Shown here piece by piece: positions 11,669-25,202 of a DNA stretch of 64,000 bases. The stretch lies in NCBI GenBank assembly GCA_964035545.1, contig OZ037770.1:11552463-11616462 (forward strand), written 5' to 3'. Under the pieces are notes generated by a model, which saw nothing but the letters and a program-made list of their open reading frames with translations, was not told the origin of the DNA and made no database searches. This stretch comes from Bugula neritina. Lineage: Eukaryota > Animalia > Bryozoa. The translations under genes were made by a program, and so were the position numbers. Position 1 is the first letter of the stretch. Each line of letters begins with the position of its first letter.

Positions 11669-14600
11669 ACAGGTATTTGACAGGATATTATTCCATCTTG
11701 TGGTACATTTATTATATTGTTTATCACACTAGACTCTGTTTGAATACATCTGGTGCTCAACTCTGTGTTTTCTACTAATGTACATATTTGTGATGATATG
11801 TCTGAGATGTACAACTTCTACATATACACTGTGTCTGTTATTTCTAGATGATTCTCAAAGTTGACTTTGTGGACTGAGTTCTTCAACACAAAGCCATGAT
11901 AGAGTGTGGGAGGCTGTATGACGTCCCAGTAACTAACGTATACACCTAAACCTAACTAATTTCAAGTAATAATCCATTTTCTTTTTTATCAAGCCTCTTC
12001 CACACAACCTGCAAGACTTCACGGTATTAAATAGTCTGTAACTTTTTATATATCTAACATGATTTGCATTGAATGGTCATGTAGAGATCAATGTATTTAT
12101 AATGGTTAATCTATGTCTATATTTCCTACAGACTGAAATACTATTATATCACAATGCTTATTGTTTACTATCAAATACTAACCACTACTACTGCGTTAAG
12201 TTTACTGTATGGTTTATATGCTAGTTTCAACTCACTGTATTTGTATGTCAAGTTATTATATTATATAATGTATTATATAACCCGTTTGATATTGTGTGAT
12301 CATCTCATCATTTGATTGGCTGTCATAGAATATAATAGTCAAAGTGACTAATTATTCCAGTATATTCTATAAACAGTGAATAAATTAGAGTGATAATGGT
12401 TACTAATGGCAACATATTTTGCTATAGATAACATCACCATGTCTCATTCCAGTAAAATAGTTTACAGCAATTCTACTCTGTGTAGAGTATAACATTAGCA
12501 ATGCTGTAGTTACTTGTAGATGCAGAGTTGTAGATTCTTACTTGAGTTAGAACTTGAGTTATTAGAAAAGTTGGCTTACCTTGACATCTTGCTATCAGCA
12601 AATTTATCATGTAGACTTCCTTTTATTCTTGTTCAGTAAAATGTTTATAATGGATAGAAAAAAAATTACTATTAAAATATTGGTAAAGCATGTAAATTCT
12701 TGCTCATGTTGGGTTATTGGACAAGCAAAGTGCTTTTACGTCTTGCTATTAGAAAAATTGTCATAAATTGATCATTGCTTTAACATAGGATGACTAAGAG
12801 TTATGTAATACACCACTTTTATACATGCCCAGCCAGTTTCAAGGGCATGCATGAGATGGACACGAGTCAAAGCTGATGTCAAGTATAACGTTGCTTTATT
12901 ACTTGCTTATGTTGGATTATTGGATAAGGAAGCTTAGCGCTGTTTCGTCTTTTTGATATTAGAAAAGTTATCAGGCAGATCACTGCTTCAACATCAGAAG
13001 ACTGAAAGCTATGTGGTAGACTACCCTTTAAACATGTCCAGTCAGTTTCTAGGGCACGAATGAGATGAACACAAATGAAAGCTGATCTCAAAAACGTTGC
13101 TTTATTATGGCAAAACTTCAAACTGAAATTTAAGGGAAAAATAATTTATCTCTGGGATTTCATTTCAGTGGAAATGCAGAGCTCAAAATTTAATACTAAT
13201 ATCCATGTCATGTAACAAAAAATTTAATTTCTCCCTGCAGCCAACAATAATATATTATGTTATACAATATATTCTTTTTGAAATATTTCTCATAAAAGAT
13301 CTATACACAGTATTTGATTTAATCATTAAATAATATTGCTAGACATTATTTTATAAGTTACCCGTATAAGTTACCTGCAAAAGTCACCTGCATAAGTTAC
13401 CTGTGTAAGTTCTAGCAGCTCCATTTTGCCAGCGAATTTATTTGTTATAGGCAGTGGAACTACATACATGTCTCATAAACCTGTTCAAAAGTGTTAATAG
13501 ATAAGCAATAGCTCTATATTATGTAGTCATTTTAGACTATAAGATGACAACTATAATATTGAAATGTAATCTGAGTTCAATATCATTGATTTTAAGTTAT
13601 GGGCACAGAGATTGAACAGCCTCTGACTGTGACATATGTTATGAAAGACGGACTTCATAGTATAATATGCATGGAACTAGTTTATTTGTGACAATTTGAT
13701 GCGTAAAACGCAGCTGTTCATGCTTGTATTGTTGTAAGGGTTTATTTACATAACACCCAGTGCAAATTATAGTTTTATTTGGAGCGTTATGTCGCTTGGT
13801 CACGTGGCCGTATAACCATAGAGACTTGTCATCGTGATGTGCAGCTAGAATCGTCACCCGAGCAATTATCAGTTTTAACTTCATTAATATTTGTACGAAA
13901 ACAAGAGGGGGTAACCCTGAGGACATACTTTCGACTTGCTAAACGTCATTTCCGAAAGAGGCGTTGCCCGTTCCAGGCAAAGTACTACCTTGAGTTCGAC
14001 TGCAATGTGCCGTCAGGCAGTTTTTTAGACTCAAAGCGTCTGCCTGAAGAACAGGTTTTAAGTTGACGATTCTTGGTTCTATTGTGTTGGATTGGAAACT
14101 CTTACAAAACTTGGGTTTGTTTGATTTGCTATATTTTTATTTCTATAACCATAACTGATAACTATGAGGGTGTCATTCAATTTCACAAAAGAATGCCTTG
14201 GACAGTTTGATTTTGAATACATAGAACATTTGGGAACACTCAAGGTGATAGAAGTGCCTCATTTGTTTTACAGTGTAGACTAATGTTAGATGGTTATTGT
14301 GTTGATTTTTTGTTTTATACGCTCCTTCTGGTGTCTCTACTAGTTCTTGGTGAGAAGCGGTCATCGTATACTTTTGGGTTTGTGTTTATAGTTGTTAGCT
14401 CTCTGCGAGTAGCAGACTTGGTGTTTATTTACATTTGCATTTAGCTAACCACGAGTAACAGACCTGGTTGTTATTTAGATGTTTTGGTGATCTCGTGTGA
14501 TTTAATCATATGCTATTGCCAATATCGAGTGTTGTTTTTCTTCCTGAAAATTTTCCATGAGAAGATTTAGTCGATGAGTCTTTCGTCTTTGTTTAAAAGA

Positions 14601-15876
14601 CTGAAGGCCAAGCTGAGAGCATGCCTCGGTGAAACTTCATTGTCCCTTTAATACAGTAATATACCTAACCACCCTGTGCTGTAGCATTTCTAGAGACTCC
14701 ATGTCAGAAGAGACACAAATATAAACTACTGAATTCTCTCATTACACTGAACTACATGGGATCTGAATACACTTTATAATATGTTCTCCTGTTTTATAAT
14801 ATAGAGTTGAGTGATATGGCTGCAGCAGAAGAAGTTGAGTGTGGATTCTGTTTACTAAAAGAAGGTTTAGAGAATCCCAAGTGTCTACCATGTAGTCATG
14901 TACACTGTTTACTGTGTCTTACCCGTAATGTTGATGTGAATGACATGATCAGGTGTCCCTGGTGTAGGTAAGTTAGTTTTCTATAGGCAGAGCTGAGACA
15001 TACTGTTCGTAAAAAAATAGTGATTTACATCATATGTTTTACTTTATACTGAATTTTTGCATTCCGTTATATATAGTTTCAATCATTACTAAATAATTAT
15101 GTGTCTTGTCATAGGGAAGTGTTTGATGTGAGAATGGAAAGTCTTCCATCTGCTGATGTAGTAGACAACTCCGTATCATGTGACGTCTGCACTAAGAAAG
15201 GGATAGAGAAAGTACCAGCAGTCATATACTGTACTGTGTGCCGTAAACTCTTCTGCAGAAAACATGATGAGGTGATACTTTCATTAAATATTTCTTCAGT
15301 TGATATTCAACACTGCATACACTAACTCAGCCTCTGATTACATATTGTTATACTTGAATGTTGGTTTGTCAGAAAACATTTAGAACTCATATTTTACTTT
15401 TGTTTTTTGTTTTTCAATAAATGTATATTCTGCTATATTCAGTCACATGATGACACCAATGATGACCACCAGAAGATGACCATCTCGGACTACAGAATAC
15501 AAGCCAAGAGATTGGAGAAAAGAGTTTGTCCTAAACACACTGCATACCCCTACATACAAGGATGTAAAGTCTGTGTTCAGCTGTTTTGTTTGAAGTGTGT
15601 CTCTTCAGGCAACTTGTGTGTTGGAGGTAAGAAAGTTCTGCTGAAGGTTATTTGATATTTAGTTTAGTATATCTAATAAACTATATAACCTCTTCAGTGT
15701 GGGAGAAGTGGGTGCAGTGTTGGAGAAATTGAGAATAGCCTGTGTTCTAGATTAGAAATATATCATGAGAAGTTATGCTCTAGCGAGAATTTCAACCTGC
15801 GCCCCAAACCAAAGTTTAGCAACAAAATTAAAGAGCTTAGTTTGCCTCAATTTCTCTACTACTAAATGATGTGCAA

Positions 15877-15975
15877 GCAGCTGTGGTGGTTAGAGCACTG
15901 ATATTAGTTTGAATCTCAGAAATAGTCAGTGGTTGAATTCCGAAGGTTATGATGTCAGGAATGGCTTCCCTGCAC
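15877..15975 (+). mobile_element. Degenerate tRNA-derived SINE in copy 3 intron 3
   Basis: GCAGCTGTGGTGGTTAGAGC head and TGATGTCAGGAATGGCTTCC core resemble the SINE at 56645-56824. Confidence 0.4.
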
Positions 15976-17888
15976 TTAGCCTACTTTAAACATCTATTTA
16001 ACGAGGGGTTCTCACACCCCTGAAACCTACATATTTCATTTGGAACTCTCACACTAATGGCAACTATAAAGTCATGTGAATTTTATGACCTCTTCAGTAA
16101 ATCTATGATTAGATAAAAACAGATAGACAGTAGAGTTTAAGTAGAAGTGCTATGAAACAATGTGTTTTATTATTACTTTGAGATCTATTATCTTCTCATA
16201 ACCTGTACATCTTGTCTGGAACTTGCCATTTCTATAACTCATTACATTTCTACTGTAGTCAGTGTTGCTTCAAATGTTGACTGCTTAAACAAAGAATTCA
16301 CTGACATATTAAACTTTATCCAGTGAGAAGAAATGAAAAGAACTGTTTCTATATATAATATTAGTTTGTTGTTTGTCCAGTAGTCATAGCATACCATATG
16401 GTGACATTTCAGCTTCTCACTACCTTCTTGTAGTACTGGCCTTTTAACTGTCTAACTACTGTGAGGTTATATTACTGTAGTGCTATCAGGTTAGTGAAAT
16501 GTGGGCTATTTTTCATTTACTCTCATTTCAATTTTAGACTCTAAACATGACATGGTTAATCTAGATGACTTAATCAAAGAGCTTATCAATATAGATGATC
16601 TTCTCACCACTGAAGACAAGATGTCTGTTTTCTTCAAACACCTTTCTAAAACTGTGGCAGACTTTGATAATGAGACGGAGGAATTGCTGAATATTCTTCA
16701 TACACAGCGAGATGAACAGGTTCTGTGTTTATAGAAAATACTTTGTGTTACTCTGTAATCTACATTCTGTAGTCAGGTGTTAGTAAAACATTGCAATACT
16801 AATACTTAAGAGTAACAGCTAGGTAACTAGCTACTATCTGTGTGAAGTATACCACTATTTTTTGTTTAAGGATTTAGGAGTGTTATGCGAAATTACCTAT
16901 GATGTTTTTTGATCTAATTCTGAAACACTTTCTCGAATATGTTGTCCACTTTCTACAATGTGCTGATACAATGTATGATGTAGTTGACTGAAGTGAGACT
17001 AAAGTATGAGAAACTGGAGAAAGAATTCTTAGCTAGTAGAAAGAAGACTAAAGAGGAATTGAACAGATACATGGAGAGAGAAGTTGGAACTGTTTTGTCT
17101 CAACTGAGTAACAGTAGAATGAAGATAGAAGCTCAACTTAGACAGAGTCACCAGGTGAGCAGTGTTCACCATCTGTTTATGAAATATGTATATAATCTTG
17201 TTTTCTTTCTCCCAATCTCTAATCATTTACTTTCTTCATCCAGCCTTGATCATTTACTTCTTTTACAGCGTCATGGTTTTATGCAAAAGTGTAGACAATC
17301 TGCAAGCTATGACCTCATAGCTGTATAGCTATGACATCATAGCTGTATAGTTATGACATCATGATTATACAATTTTGTCAGCCCAAGTAAAGTTATAGAG
17401 CTTAAAATTTGGCTTAAAGCAAGATCTAAATTTGTGAATGTCACAATTTCCACCTCCAAATTTCACCTTACAACTACACTTTAAAATAGAATATTATGCA
17501 TAGTTTATATTAGTATCTGTTTGTTACCACATTTGTGTTCGGTGTGCACCATATGTATTGTAATTGCGTAACATTATGTAAACATGCACAGCGCTGAGGT
17601 TTCTAATTAAGTGAAGTTATCTCCACATAACTCTGTATGCTGTTTGTTATATACTGTAGGTGGATCTGGTTGAAGGATTTGCAGAGATTAAAGACAGAAT
17701 ACAGAGACTGATATCTGTTGAAATACCTAAACTAGAGTTGTGTGATGCCATGTCTCTAAAGGTCAAAGGTTAGTATACTAAACTAGAGCTATGTGATGTC
17801 ATGTCTCTAAAGGTCAAAGGTTAGTATACTAAACTAGAGCTGTGTGATGTCATGTCTCTAAAGATCAAAGGTTAATATACTAGACATG

Positions 17889-19411
17889 CACGGGCTTTCC
17901 ATGTACCGATCTGAGACATGTGCTCAGATCGATCGTTTTTCCATGAGAGTGTCAGATCGATCTCGCGAAATTGCCTCCTCTTAAAGGATTGCTCTATCTT
18001 AGTTTATTACAATCACATTATAATTATGAACTATAATCTAATGTGTATGCAAACAATTGTGACTTTGCAAAGGGATATATGCCTAGAAAACAGCTTTTCA
18101 AAATTCCAATTTTGAGGGAGGTAAAATTTTCAGCCATGAAAAAGAATAGCCTAATACGTGACGTGTGAACGCCAGTAACTATGCTGCACGTGCTAACAAT
18201 AACGCTAGTATTCAAGGTTGCTGAGCTCAGCATCAACCAATCACGCTCAAGCAGTTACAGTGTGCTATATAGGTTAGCTTTGGTGCGCCCGTAATATTGC
18301 ACAATCTGACCTAGTTTAGATCGATCGCAGGCATTCATCCTAAAGAATGCATGTTTTTGCAATGCTTTTTTCTATGCTTACAAGCAAAATATGGCCTAAT
18401 GTTATCACATACATGTTATTTAACATGTCAAAAAACTATAGATTGAGATAATTCACATTTGCACTTCTATAAATATACAAATTACGAGCTGAAAGATCAC
18501 ATCTCACAGTCATATTTCTATAGTTATTCATTTGTATAGTCACGTGACCAGCAGGAATGCTGGCGTTGTTACGTCACACTTCCCAGCTCATTTCAAAATC
18601 GGCGTTTTGGCTGTTACCAATCTACACCCTCAACTTCAACTAACTTTTTCTACCTTTGGTCATATGCTTTTTGTCAATGCATGCTTAGAAAAACACAATA
18701 TTATGTGTGTTTGACCTAAATGGCCATTTATTAGACAAGATAGAGCAATCCTTTAAGTGAAGGATACTTTGAAAGTATAATTTGTTCACCTATTTGAGTG
18801 ATTAAAGCTACTACTGTTGAAAACAAGGTGGTAGTAATCTAAAATTTAATCCTAGCTATAAACTATACGCAGCAAAGCTTTCAGTGTATGGTAATTTGGC
18901 CAATTTAAAATAAATAATTTTAATTTTTTAGCTTGACAGCTTATATAAAATTAATGGCTGTCTTGCAGATTATTAATAAACTTACAGGACTGTTAGGCCT
19001 AAAATTACAAAGAAAATAGCTAATGAAACTAAGTTTTAATAGTCATTTAAATTCAATTTAAATTCTCCCATTTTTTTTACCTTCTGCTGCATATAATTTA
19101 GTTTTCTTAATCATAGTACTGAAAGTCAAAGTTTTGGCATCTGAAAAAGTGGCTATCATAATTATTTAATATTTTGCTTAGTAATTATCAATAAGTTATC
19201 ATTTTTATTAGCAGACAACATTGTAGCACACAGTCCTTTTCTACTTCTCAGATCGATCTAGCGTCTTTCCATGGTCTTATTGACATGAGATCGATCTGAG
19301 TTCGAGCTCCACAGACCGACCAGCTCAGATCGACTGAGATCGATCTTTGGCGTCTTTCCATGGATCGTTCTAGCTGAGATCGATCTGAGATCGGTACATG
19401 GAAAGCCGGTG
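17889..19411. mobile_element. Family A DNA transposon (opposite orientation to the 28026 copy) in copy 3 intron 6, with a nested element
   Basis: CACGGGCTTTCCATGTACCGATCT ... AGATCGGTACATGGAAAGCCGGTG, flanked by ATG on both sides; followed by a residual extra TIR end GAAAGCCCGTG (19415-19425). Confidence 0.88.
17985..18752. mobile_element. Non-autonomous TTAA-targeting transposon with AGG...CCT ends (Kolobok-like), nested in family A
   Basis: TIR AGGATTGCTCTATCTT / AAGATAGAGCAATCCT, TTAA on both sides; the other family A copies have a single TTAA at this site. Confidence 0.85.
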
Positions 19412-22400
19412 ATGGAAAGCCCGTGCATGTTTCTAAAGGTCAAAGGTTAGCATACTAGACTGTAGAATTCTTGTACTAGTGCACTTTTGTTAAAATATTT
19501 AAAATAATCATGTATCTGCATTGCATCTGATAAGTGCTCTTCATGTGTGTGCAACTGCTGGTTAGAAAATTTGAATATCCGTTGAAATAGCCCTGTGTGT
19601 AGGTTTACTCAAAGTTTCTATTAATAGAATTTATTCACATACTTACTTTTATATGACATACATATTTTATATACATACCCACTTACATATAAGTATACAC
19701 ACGTACACACATATTCACATGTATATTGTAGAAGAGAAGAGAGACATAGAAATAGACTTGGTTCCTGCAGCAGACATGTTTATTAGCTTAGATCAAGGAA
19801 TGACAACTCCTACTCTTCCTAAATCTCTCAAACTCATACAGTCTGTTGATGTTTCTAGTTACTGTTGGTCTGTCTGTAAATATGATGGCAACGCTTATGT
19901 AGGGCTGAGTGCAGGGATAGACAGAATAGATGAGAGTTTCAGTGTTTCCAAGTCTTTTGCTTCTTTTACCAACTCAGTAGTTGGAGTCACAGTACATAAG
20001 AACAAGCTGTATGCTGTAGAGCTTATCAGCAGAACTAATTGGGTGGTACATGTGTATGATCTTACTGGGAAACAGGTGACCAGCTGGTCTCACCATGATA
20101 ATTGTTGGGGTATAAACAAACTTGCTATTGTTAATGCTCAGATAGTAGTTCCTGATAGACACAGTAAAAGACTTACAATCTACTCTCTTACTGGGGAGGT
20201 AATTAAACATGTCCCCTGCCCTCTACTCAGTAGTCTCACGGTAGCAATATGTGCAGCAGACAGACATTGTGTAGTAGTTTCTGACTGGGGTTCTTCTCAA
20301 GTATTTAAATTAGACTTGACAACAGAGAAAGTCATCTGGACATGCAAGGATGTATCTAAACCACTAGGTGTGACCTGCTATAGAAGTAAATATATTCTTG
20401 TGAATAACAGCAGCATTAAAACCACCATCTGGATACTGGATTTGGAGACAGCTTAGTTTTACATTGGTTAGTTAACTACTGTTAGCAATATATTAGTATT
20501 TCTCACAGTCTCACACTATAAAATATACTATGCTAAGTACTAGTGATGACACACTAATACATCATTTCCTGTTACAGGTACACAACTGTCCAAAGTAGAA
20601 GATCCAACTGATAGAGCTGAGAGTACTGTGTATGATCTTCATGTGTATAAAGACACTCTGATTGTACCTAGATGTAATGAGAAGAAAGTTCTGTTTTACC
20701 AGCTAAACTAAACAGGTGTGTGACAGGATATTATTCCATATTGTGGTACATTTATTATATTGTTTATCACACTAGACTCTGTTTGAATACATTTGGTGCT
20801 CAACTCTGTGTTTTCTACTAATGTACATATTTGTAATGATATGTCTGAGATGTACAACTTCTACATATACACTGTGTCTGTTATTTCTAGATGATTCTCA
20901 AAGTTGACTCTGTGGACTGAGTTCTTCAACACAGAGCTATGATACAGTGTGGAAGGCTGTATGACGTCCCAGTAACTAACTTATGCACCTTAATATGACT
21001 AATTTCAAGTAATAATTTTTTTTCCACTTGTACCAAGCCTCTTCCACACAACCTGCAAGACTTCACGGTATTAACTAGCCTGTAACTTTTTATATATCTA
21101 ACATGATTTGCATTGAATGGTCATGTAGAGATCAATGTATTTATAATGGTAACTCTAAGTCTACATTTCCTACAGCCTGAAATACTATTACATCACAATG
21201 TTTATTGTTTATTATCAAATATCAACCACTACTACTACATTAATTTTGCTGTTGAAAAGTTGTGTATTTTGACTGATGGCCATAATACATGATTTATTAC
21301 TTGATTTTTGTCTACACAAGAATTACCTCCATATTGCTAATTAGATTGTATGTTTCAATTTGATTTTTATTTTCTTTAAATATTCTGTGAAATAAATTGC
21401 CTTTTTTTGTAGGCTATAAATATTCTTGATTGGATCTCTGAATGCAATATCACAGAGTTATGTAATAGTTGACTGTATGGTTGTTTTACAGGAAGTTTTG
21501 AAACATTACATGCCATGGCATCCTTGTTCGGAAACCGATTTAGGCAGCAAAAAGTTTGGGGTCACTGAGTGTATTTGCCAAGGACTTCTCGAGTTTGGGT
21601 ATGGACCTCGAAGGATATTGTTCACTGTACATTGAACTCAGTGACCTTGAACTTTGTGCTGCCCTTAACCATAATTTATTAATTCTAACCATAGTGCATA
21701 GTTTACTACATAGTTATGACCTATACTAGAGGTGTCCAAATTCAGGCACCAAAGCTACAGGTGATGCTTAACCTTTAAACCATGATACTGTAAAAGTGTC
21801 TAATTTCAATCACAACAGGTCTGTGTGGGCCAACTAATATCTGTTTGTAAACCAAGTAGTGATTAGAAGCAGTAAAAGTTAGGATATAGTTACTTCCTGT
21901 TTAAACCCGGTTTCCAATAGCAACAATGTTACATGAATATCAGTCATGTATTGTGAGGGTACACGAAACCTGTATAAGTGTAGTTGTAAAGTAATTACTA
22001 ATGTGGCAGTAGCACATAGTATTGGACAGTCTCTGATATATTAGTAACATCTTTGAGTTGCTACACCTGACTTCTCCATATGGTTATCTGTAAGATTTTT
22101 TAACCTCAGGTCTAGCCTACTGACAATTTGTAGGACTTTTGGTTTGAGTGACAGTTTGAGATCCTTGAGTGGCAACAAAACCATCATAATCATTTGATTG
22201 GCTGTGTTAGAATAATAGTCAAAATGATTAATTATTCCAAGATATTCTATAAACAGTGAATAAATTAATAAATTGAAGTGGTTACAGCTACTAATAGCAA
22301 AATATTTTACTATAAATCACCATGCCGTATTCCTGCAATAACATTTACAGAATTTATATTCTGTGTAAAGTATAATATAAACAATGTAGCAGCCTGTTAT

Positions 22401-23579
22401 ATAGAGATGCTTGGATATTCTTGCTGAGGTTATGTTCAAGTTTATTGGCTCAGCACTTCGGTTTGTAAGAAGGTTGTTTTATTACATTCCCAGACAGTAT
22501 TTCACATTCTGTCGAATTTGAAGTAACTACACAGTGTAACTGTACCAAGTATTCACAACTGTTTCCTGTGAAGAGAATAATCACATTGTGATAAGAAGTG
22601 AGACTGGTATATCACTAAATACACCTAACAGGACTATAATTTTATAATGATGCTGGATATAAATAACTCAGACATCCTCTGTGGGGAGACAACACCCTGT
22701 ATTATAAACTCATGATCTTTCTGACAGCATATCTTAGTGCTGATGCACTTTTTGCTATATTGACGTCTGTATTCTGTTTCATTTGTATCTCAAAGAGTTG
22801 GATTTAATTTTGAATGCAGAAAGTTATGTATAGCAGGCTGCAATAAAGCTTAATGACGCAGTGGCTGATTTATGTACATTTTTTATATACATGCATTTCA
22901 ACCAATTACTATACTATTATTTATTACAGCAGATATCGAAGCTACAATAGATCATGACAATTGTTTTATTATAGATAAAATTAAACCTAATTAGCCAAAT
23001 AAATGATAGACCAAGACCATTTTCATCACAGAAATATTAGTGCTTTCAAGGTTGAAAAAATTGAGTATACTTACGAAGATAAAGGGCATGGTAACATACA
23101 CAACATATAGTTTGTTGGCCTTTAAACTGCATATCTAGAAACCAGATCACAATATAATACTACATCTACACTAGTTTGAACACAACTTTATAGTTTATAT
23201 GCATATATATTGAAAGGTTAAATTCCACGCCCATTTCTATATATCCATCCATATTCCAATTAATATTATTCTTCCCAATAATTGTGGAGTAATTCATCTA
23301 TACTTTAAAGTTTAAAACCCAGTTCTCATTTATAAACAGTTAAGAGTCACTATTTAAGAAACAGTTGTAGTCTGTATTGGTTAGTAGTGTCATAGCTGCT
23401 CCACTGCTAGTACAAACAGAAGCTGCACTCAAACCCAAAATTGCCAACATGGTGACAACTAGTCCCTTTGTTTTAAGGGCTGTCACATGGATATCCAATG
23501 TAAAGCATAAAAGTGAGATTCATGAAATGATGGGTGAACAAAAATGGCATGTGAAGCTTTCACAGCACATTATAACATA

Positions 23580-23778
23580 CAGTGCTCCCTCTGTATCTCA
23601 CTAAGCGACAGGTGTAAAACCTCAACTCGTGATATATTAGAATGCCAGATTCAACTCACGGATCATTTGAAATTGGTGATTAGGTTCCCATACACACATA
23701 CATCAGCCACAAAGCAGGGTCCAAGCTGTTCTCGTGACCTATAGAAATTCGTGAGAAAGAGGTCCTTGAGATCCACTG
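23580..23778. mobile_element. Decayed Tc1/mariner-type MITE (TA-CAGTG termini); paralogous copies ~6145-6273 and ~33001-33199
   Basis: TA-CAGTGCTCCCTCTGTATCTCACT ... CCACTG-TA; same terminus as the MITE at 62967. Confidence 0.65.
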
Positions 23779-23895
23779 TATCAAATACTATCTATTAGGC
23801 ACAGGTTTTGTTTGGAAAGATAACTCTGAAGGAGGAACCGATACGCTAATGATGCTGCAACGCTCATCAATAGTGTTATTACTGCGTGCGTTAGT

Positions 23896-23907
23896 GGGGA
23901 ATTCCCC
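23896..23907. promoter_or_regulatory. NF-kB/Rel-type site upstream of copy 4
   Basis: GGGGAATTCCCC in the same conserved module. Confidence 0.65.
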
Positions 23908-25202
23908 CAGTCCAGGGTAAGCGTTATTTTAATCCCGCATCTGCGCAGAAAGGTCTAACACTAACGGGAACTATAAGTAGTTCCATAGGTCTTCCGTGAC
24001 GAGGTGAAGTTTGCCCCATTAATTGTTTACCAACAGCAATAACTGTAAGTGTTAGCAAACTTGAAAGCGATGTTGATTGTTTTCAAATTTTAGTTTTAAA
24101 GTCAACTTATTGTAGTTCTATTATCTCTAGTTTCGGATAGTTATGCTGATAGTGACACTCATAGTCATACTCATAGAGTGATAGTCATACTGATACTCAT
24201 ACTCATAGTCATGCTGATACTCATACTCATACTGTTTCACACAGTCTCACTCACTTGGCTCATAGTGATAGCCAGTGACAGTCACACTGACACTCACTTA
24301 CAGTACCACGCTTAGTCTTGCTGTCACACTCACTGCCACAGTGTTTTGATAATGACAATCGCAATGATTATGATAACATTTCTCATCATCAGCAACTGCA
24401 AGATACTTGTGATTTAGTTACTATTTGTCAGTCTCATGATCATCTTCATCTTGAGTTTGTACTTTACGTTCTCATGATGATGATGCTGGTTATCATAGTC
24501 ATAATCATAATGATGTTGAAGTTTAAATTATCAAATGATACAAATTAAAGTATTAGTAAAGCATATGTTTTGTAATTTTATAAAACTGCTCAACAGAACT
24601 TATTAAACTTACAGGCCTCTGCTGTAGACCGTAGAGGTAGATGTAGTAACAGAAGTGTTAGAAACCACATATATTTATAACCATTTACAATATAATAATT
24701 CCAATTTCTCCGCATTCTATTAAATGTCAATAAAATGCATCATTTTTTGGAACATTGAGTGAATTGCAAGGAAAATCTAATTCAAGAACCTTCATAATTT
24801 TTTTGGCTACAAGTCCCAATTCTTAGAATAATTATTAAGAAAATTCCTCTTGTTACTAATTGATTTATGATTTATTATTTAATAGCTCTGGACAATTATC
24901 TGCAGGTACTGCAGTACACAAGTGTGCATTTACATCTTGGTATTACAATGTATAGTTTATTATACAGAAAGGGTTCATTATTAAAAAAATCATTTTTAAG
25001 TGTTACACAGTGCTTCAAATGCATTATCTCTGCACTGCAGTTTTATAGTTGAGTCACATTATAGAATGTTTAAATTCATTTATTAGTGAGTCAGAAAAGC
25101 CACAAACATAAACTACTAAATTCTCTCATTACAGTAAACTACATGGGATCTGAATACACTTTATAATATTTTCTCCTGTTTTATAATATAGAGTTGAGTG
25201 AA

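Larger units (their letters stand above)
14816..20711 (+). pseudogene. TRIM-like copy 3, probably truncated or defective (intron-7 donor GT>CT)
   Basis: Exons 14816-14967, 15115-15271, 15443-15626, 16538-16719, 16984-17154, 17660-17768, 19732-20451, 20578-20711 are all open, but the donor at 20452 reads ACAG|CTTAG instead of ACAG|GTTAG; read-through gives ETA* at 20456. Confidence 0.75.

Noticed and set aside
14010-14100. CTGAAGA with a flanking stem as a hammerhead ribozyme
   Set aside because: No convincing stem II/GAAA/cleavage-site geometry.
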